Virus record (IMG/VR): IMGVR_UViG_3300047561_001544
Direction: 5' to 3' (one strand)
Length of the DNA stretch: 20,000 bases
Source of the DNA: an uncultured virus (IMG/VR IMGVR_UViG_3300047561_001544)
Lineage: Duplodnaviria > Heunggongvirae > Uroviricota > Caudoviricetes
Under the pieces are notes generated by a model, which did no database searches, was not told the DNA's origin, and was given only the letters and a program-made list of their open reading frames with translations. Positions 16,706 to 20,000 of the stretch are shown here, one piece after another. Within the stretch, counting starts at the first letter, position 1. The number at the start of each line of letters is the position of its first letter. Both the position numbers and the translations under genes were made by a program.

Positions 16706-17098
16706 ATTAATTAAATTAGGCAATTACAGGTTAATTTAACCACCACAACCCCCCACGGTTACCCACATTAAACCATAAAAACACCTTTACTACAGAGATA
16801 GTAGAGGTACAAGACTTTAATACATTTTAATATGATTATTTTAACCAAATGGGAAGAAAAATGCTTGCAAATATTAACATTTATCGTTAGTATTGTAGAC
16901 GTTGCGAACGAGACCCTCTACAGAGTAAAACACAAGAAATACTATAGGATAAGTAAGTAGAATATAAAGACATAATAAGGAATAATAGAGTTTTAATATA
17001 AATGATTTAATATTAGAAATAGAACTATCCTATTTATATAATTAAAATAATAAAAGTGTGACAAAATGTCTCACTAAAAAAACGACACGAAAATAAAT

Positions 17099-17332
17099 AT
17101 GAGCAACACAATCAAAAATAACATAAAAAACTTGTATTACTCTGTACGTTATAGTAATTTTGTCGGTCGCGCACTGTATTTGCGTGGGTTGCGCGTGAAA
17201 ATAATCAGTACGATAATCTTTATAGTATTATTCTTTTCTATTTGTATTGTATTTGAATTGGCCTATCCGCGAACGATGGGCAACCAAATAAACGGTTTAA
17301 TTAACGAATTATTTTGGCTGGGTATTAAATAA
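17099..17332 (+). CDS. small membrane protein
   Basis: Single strong hydrophobic segment IISTIIFIVLFFSICIVF. Confidence 0.5.
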   Translation: MSNTIKNNIKNLYYSVRYSNFVGRALYLRGLRVKIISTIIFIVLFFSICIVFELAYPRTMGNQINGLINELFWLGIK

Positions 17333-17450
17333 AAATTCATTTTTAATACAGTTTATTAGGTTTTGCATAGGGGTTTATACAAATTTGCGAACGAAAAGTG
17401 GCGAAATAATGATATTAATTCATTTAAATGCATTTTTATTAAATTTGTGA

Positions 17451-17479
17451 TTGACTTTTGGCGAAATAAGTAGTAATAT
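17451..17479 (+). promoter_or_regulatory. sigma70-like promoter
   Basis: TTGACT-N17-TAATAT, 6 nt before ATG 17486. Confidence 0.65.
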
Positions 17480-17485
17480 ATAAAC

Positions 17486-17641
17486 ATGACAGTAAAACAT
17501 CTTAAAAAAATTATTCAGGATATTCCTGATAATGCCCTGATTACTATCACTGGGGAGGACAGCGACGGTATTCTTGTAGAGGAGTTCGCATCGTTTATTA
17601 AATATGACGAAGAGATTAATCAACTCTATATTAGTTATTAA
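17486..17641 (+). CDS. small protein, 51 aa (MTVKHLKKIIQDIPDNALITITGEDSDG...ISY); not in the ORF track
   Basis: Translated by hand. Has its own promoter and the common 'MTVKxL...PD.A.I' phage N-terminus, like 2422..2571. Confidence 0.7.
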   Translation: MTVKHLKKIIQDIPDNALITITGEDSDGILVEEFASFIKYDEEINQLYISY

Positions 17642-17654
17642 TGAATCCGAATTT

Positions 17655-17720
17655 GCGAAATAAACGCGGCGAAATAAACGTTTTACAAGATAGCACATTT
17701 GCGCACATTTCAGCACAGTC
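17655..17720 (+). repeat. short direct repeats upstream of uvsE
   Basis: GCGAAATAAACG at 17655 and 17669; GCACA at 17693, 17703 and 17713 (10-bp period). Confidence 0.7.
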
Positions 17721-17728
17721 CAAAATGT

Positions 17729-17757
17729 TTGACGCGCGCGCCAAAACCTGCTAGCAT
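17729..17757 (+). promoter_or_regulatory. sigma70-like promoter with extended -10
   Basis: TTGACG-N17-TAGCAT with TGC immediately before the -10, 5 nt before ATG 17763. Confidence 0.7.
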
Positions 17758-17762
17758 AGGTT

Positions 17763-18674
17763 ATGTTCAGAACTGGATACTGTTGCATCAACCTTAGTAT
17801 GGCTGACAAGTTTCGCACCATGCAGTTGAGTTGGGCTAATAGAAATAGGAAAGAGGATGTTGTAAATAAGTGGAAAGAAGTAGTAATACATAATTTTAAT
17901 TTACTTACTAGAATTATTAATTGGAACATTGCAAATAATGTGTTCTTGTATAGGATTAGTAGCGATCTTGTTCCTTTTGCTGACCATGAGGATTGGCGCT
18001 ATCTTTGGACAGAGTTCATGGCCGCGCCTGAGACCGCGGATTTGCTAAAGCCCGCGCGCGAAATAATCAAAACATATTTGGCTGGTGGCGGCCGCTGTAG
18101 TATACACCCTGGGCAGTTTGTATCCTTGGGATCTGTGAAAGAAGATGTGCGAAATAAGTCTATAGCGCACCTGGAATATCATGGGGAACTCCTAGATCTA
18201 TTAGAGCTACCAAAGAATCATGATTGTCCTATTAATATTCATATTAGTAATGGAACAAAAGATTGTGAAATAATAGCTAATAATGTAAAAAATTCTTTAC
18301 GTTTGCTTTCCCCGAGTGTAATAAAGAGGGTCGTCTTCGAAAATGAACAACATGGATGCTGGCACCCCCAAAATATTAGGAAATTTTTTCCGAACGTACC
18401 CATTACATTTGATTACCATCATTTTAGGATTAATGATGGTGGTATCACCCTGGATGAAGCAATCAGAATTACAAGCGAAAGTTGGCCAAATAATGAGCCC
18501 ATCCAGCATTACAGCGAAGGACGCGCCCATGAGTTGGACCCAGCGCATAGCGACTACGTTAGAGTTCTCCCAGTAAGTCAATACGATATTGAGGTAGAAG
18601 CCAAGCAGAAAGACCTGGCTATAAAACCTTTTCTTAATCATAGAAATAAATTTATTAATGGAATCCTATATTAG
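17763..18674 (+). CDS. uvsE: UV DNA damage endonuclease
   Basis: GYCCIN, FRT, LYRISSDLVPF, SIHPGQFVSLGS, LEYHGELLD, INIH, VFENE, ITFDYHH, QHYSE, AHSDY and IEVEAKQKDLA. Confidence 0.93.
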   Translation: MFRTGYCCINLSMADKFRTMQLSWANRNRKEDVVNKWKEVVIHNFNLLTRIINWNIANNVFLYRISSDLVPFADHEDWRYLWTEFMAAPETADLLKPAREIIKTYLAGGGRCSIHPGQFVSLGSVKEDVRNKSIAHLEYHGELLDLLELPKNHDCPINIHISNGTKDCEIIANNVKNSLRLLSPSVIKRVVFENEQHGCWHPQNIRKFFPNVPITFDYHHFRINDGGITLDEAIRITSESWPNNEPIQHYSEGRAHELDPAHSDYVRVLPVSQYDIEVEAKQKDLAIKPFLNHRNKFINGILY

Positions 18675-18677
18675 GGA

Positions 18678-18705
18678 TTGATTTTTTCCAAAATAAGTAT
18701 ATAAT
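18678..18705 (+). promoter_or_regulatory. sigma70-like promoter
   Basis: TTGATT-N16-TATAAT, 6 nt before ATG 18712. Confidence 0.55.
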
Positions 18706-18711
18706 AAGTAT

Positions 18712-18984
18712 ATGGAAAAATACGTTGTCAAAGTAATTAATGTCTTCTCAAATTTTATCCCAGTAGAGGCTACAAGCGAAGATGAAGCGCGCGAAAAAGC
18801 GAAAGAAATTATTCTAAATAATGAGAATCAGGGTAAATTACAACATATATATGAGAATACCCTGCCCCCAGAGAATTGGGGCGTGATTACCCAGGATCAG
18901 TTTAATAAGATGAAGGAGGAGTTCTTAGCCTCACAAGAAACGGAAGATAGTAATATTATTACTCCGAGTATTATCACTCCATAA
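18712..18984 (+). CDS. DpnD/PcfM-like small phage protein
   Basis: KYVVKV...VEATSEDEAREKAKE motif. Confidence 0.6.
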   Translation: MEKYVVKVINVFSNFIPVEATSEDEAREKAKEIILNNENQGKLQHIYENTLPPENWGVITQDQFNKMKEEFLASQETEDSNIITPSIITP

Positions 18985-19016
18985 ATCTTTTATTATTAAA
19001 AAGTTACGCCTGGGGC

Positions 19017-19045
19017 TTGACACGGGGGTAAGAAACCCTTATAGT
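19017..19045 (+). promoter_or_regulatory. sigma70-like promoter
   Basis: TTGACA-N17-TATAGT, 8 nt before ATG 19054. Confidence 0.7.
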
Positions 19046-19053
19046 AGGGTCTT

Positions 19054-19617
19054 ATGGCAAATCATTGCGACAACTACCTGCAGGCCCCAGATGGGGACGT
19101 TTCACTATTAACCGATTACGTATCCTACCGTAAGGACGGCGGCGCTATCGACGTATATCTGGATTTCGAAAAGATCCTACCATACCCCAAACCCATCAAG
19201 GATTCATTGCACTTGTGGGACGAGGGCGCGTCTAAGAAGGACAGGGACAAAGCCAAAAAAATTAATCAGGCTATGACTGGTTATGATTCTTGGTATGAAT
19301 GGGGCGCTGAGAACTGGGGAACCGCACAGAATTCTTTCGACGGTTGCGTGAATGAGGATAGCATTAGTTTCATGACAGCATGGACTCCCCCTATACAGGC
19401 GATTGTCGAACTGTCCAAACAGATTGGTCGCCCACTGCGCATGCTCTATGACGAGAGCGGCATGGACTTCTGTGGCGAACTCCTGGCCCAGCCAGACGGA
19501 ACGTTTGTGGACAACGTATATTCCCCACGTAGTAAAGCGCCCAAAGAGATTAGGGAGAGCTTTTTTATTGACGAGGAGGCCGAACTAGACAAAGCTTATG
19601 AAAATAGAAATAAATAA
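19054..19617 (+). CDS. YubB/Api92-like (DUF1281-type ferredoxin-fold) protein
   Basis: MANHCDNYL, LDFEKILPYP, SWYEWGAENWGT, FMTAWTPP and YDESGMDFCG. Confidence 0.8.
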   Translation: MANHCDNYLQAPDGDVSLLTDYVSYRKDGGAIDVYLDFEKILPYPKPIKDSLHLWDEGASKKDRDKAKKINQAMTGYDSWYEWGAENWGTAQNSFDGCVNEDSISFMTAWTPPIQAIVELSKQIGRPLRMLYDESGMDFCGELLAQPDGTFVDNVYSPRSKAPKEIRESFFIDEEAELDKAYENRNK

Positions 19618-19741
19618 TAAACTAATTGAAAAGGTTTCCGATTATCTCATCGAGAACGGATGGGACGCACCAGAAACCGCTGAAGAGTGGGCCGAATACA
19701 TAGAGGATTGTATCCGCCAGTCAACAGATAACATAGACTAA
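19598..19741 (+). CDS. small acidic protein, 47 aa (MKIEINNKLIEKVSDYLIENGWDAPETAEEWAEYIEDCIRQSTDNID); not in the ORF track
   Basis: Translated by hand. Fills the gap between 19617 and 19760. Confidence 0.6.
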   Translation: MKIEINNKLIEKVSDYLIENGWDAPETAEEWAEYIEDCIRQSTDNID

Positions 19742-19759
19742 TCGAAAGAAAAAAATATT

Positions 19760-19969
19760 ATGGCTAAATATCAAAAAGTAACATTGGAACTCAATTACGT
19801 GGTCCGCGATGACGACCAATCCATGCAAGAGCAGGCCAAGCAGTGCCTCTACGAAGACATCATGAACCTCGTTAAGTATAACGAACTCTATGATGCGATC
19901 ACTCTTGAAGACGCTCCCAACGCCAAAGAGGAAGACATCCCCGAATTCCTTCTGGAGAAAATCGCGTAA
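19760..19969 (+). CDS. acidic hypothetical protein, 69 aa
   Basis: ATG ORF followed by another TTGACA at 19979, whose -10 would lie outside the window. Confidence 0.7.
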   Translation: MAKYQKVTLELNYVVRDDDQSMQEQAKQCLYEDIMNLVKYNELYDAITLEDAPNAKEEDIPEFLLEKIA

Positions 19970-20000
19970 CTAACACGCTTGACAAACAACTGAATACATA

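Noticed and set aside
17055..17075. CRP/FNR site (TGTGA...TCAC)
   Set aside because: Half-site spacing is 9 nt, not the required 6.
16706..17760. CRISPR array in the repeat-bearing intergenic regions
   Set aside because: Repeats are 12 bp or shorter with irregular spacing, there is no repeat-spacer periodicity, and no cas genes are present.

Overview
AT-rich window that reads as part of a large dsDNA phage genome: dense, mostly + strand short ORFs with no recognisable homologs, three tRNAs without encoded CCA, and many sigma70-like promoters placed directly against start codons. Recognisable genes are a GMP reductase/IMPDH-family enzyme, YopX, a HAD hydrolase, an RmlD-like NDP-sugar reductase, an orphan RuvB-like ATPase, a thermonuclease, UvsE and a YubB/Api92-like protein. 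The most striking part is a very AT-rich cluster at about 10.3-15.9 kb. It holds a SAM methyltransferase, a prolyl-4-hydroxylase-like 2OG-Fe(II) oxygenase, GT8-, WavE- and GT32-like transferases, and two tandem paralogs with motifs of plant-type hydroxyproline O-arabinosyltransferase / peptidyl-serine galactosyltransferase (GT95/GT96). This suggests a phage-encoded hydroxyproline-linked protein O-glycosylation pathway. Other oddities are a class II tRNA-Ser with an ACU anticodon, a gene split by one in-frame TAG, a candidate late-promoter motif (GTGTAAT) that also forms a 20-bp palindrome, enrichment of (CG)n runs, and phased repeats upstream of uvsE. All family calls come from motifs recognised by eye; no database search was run.
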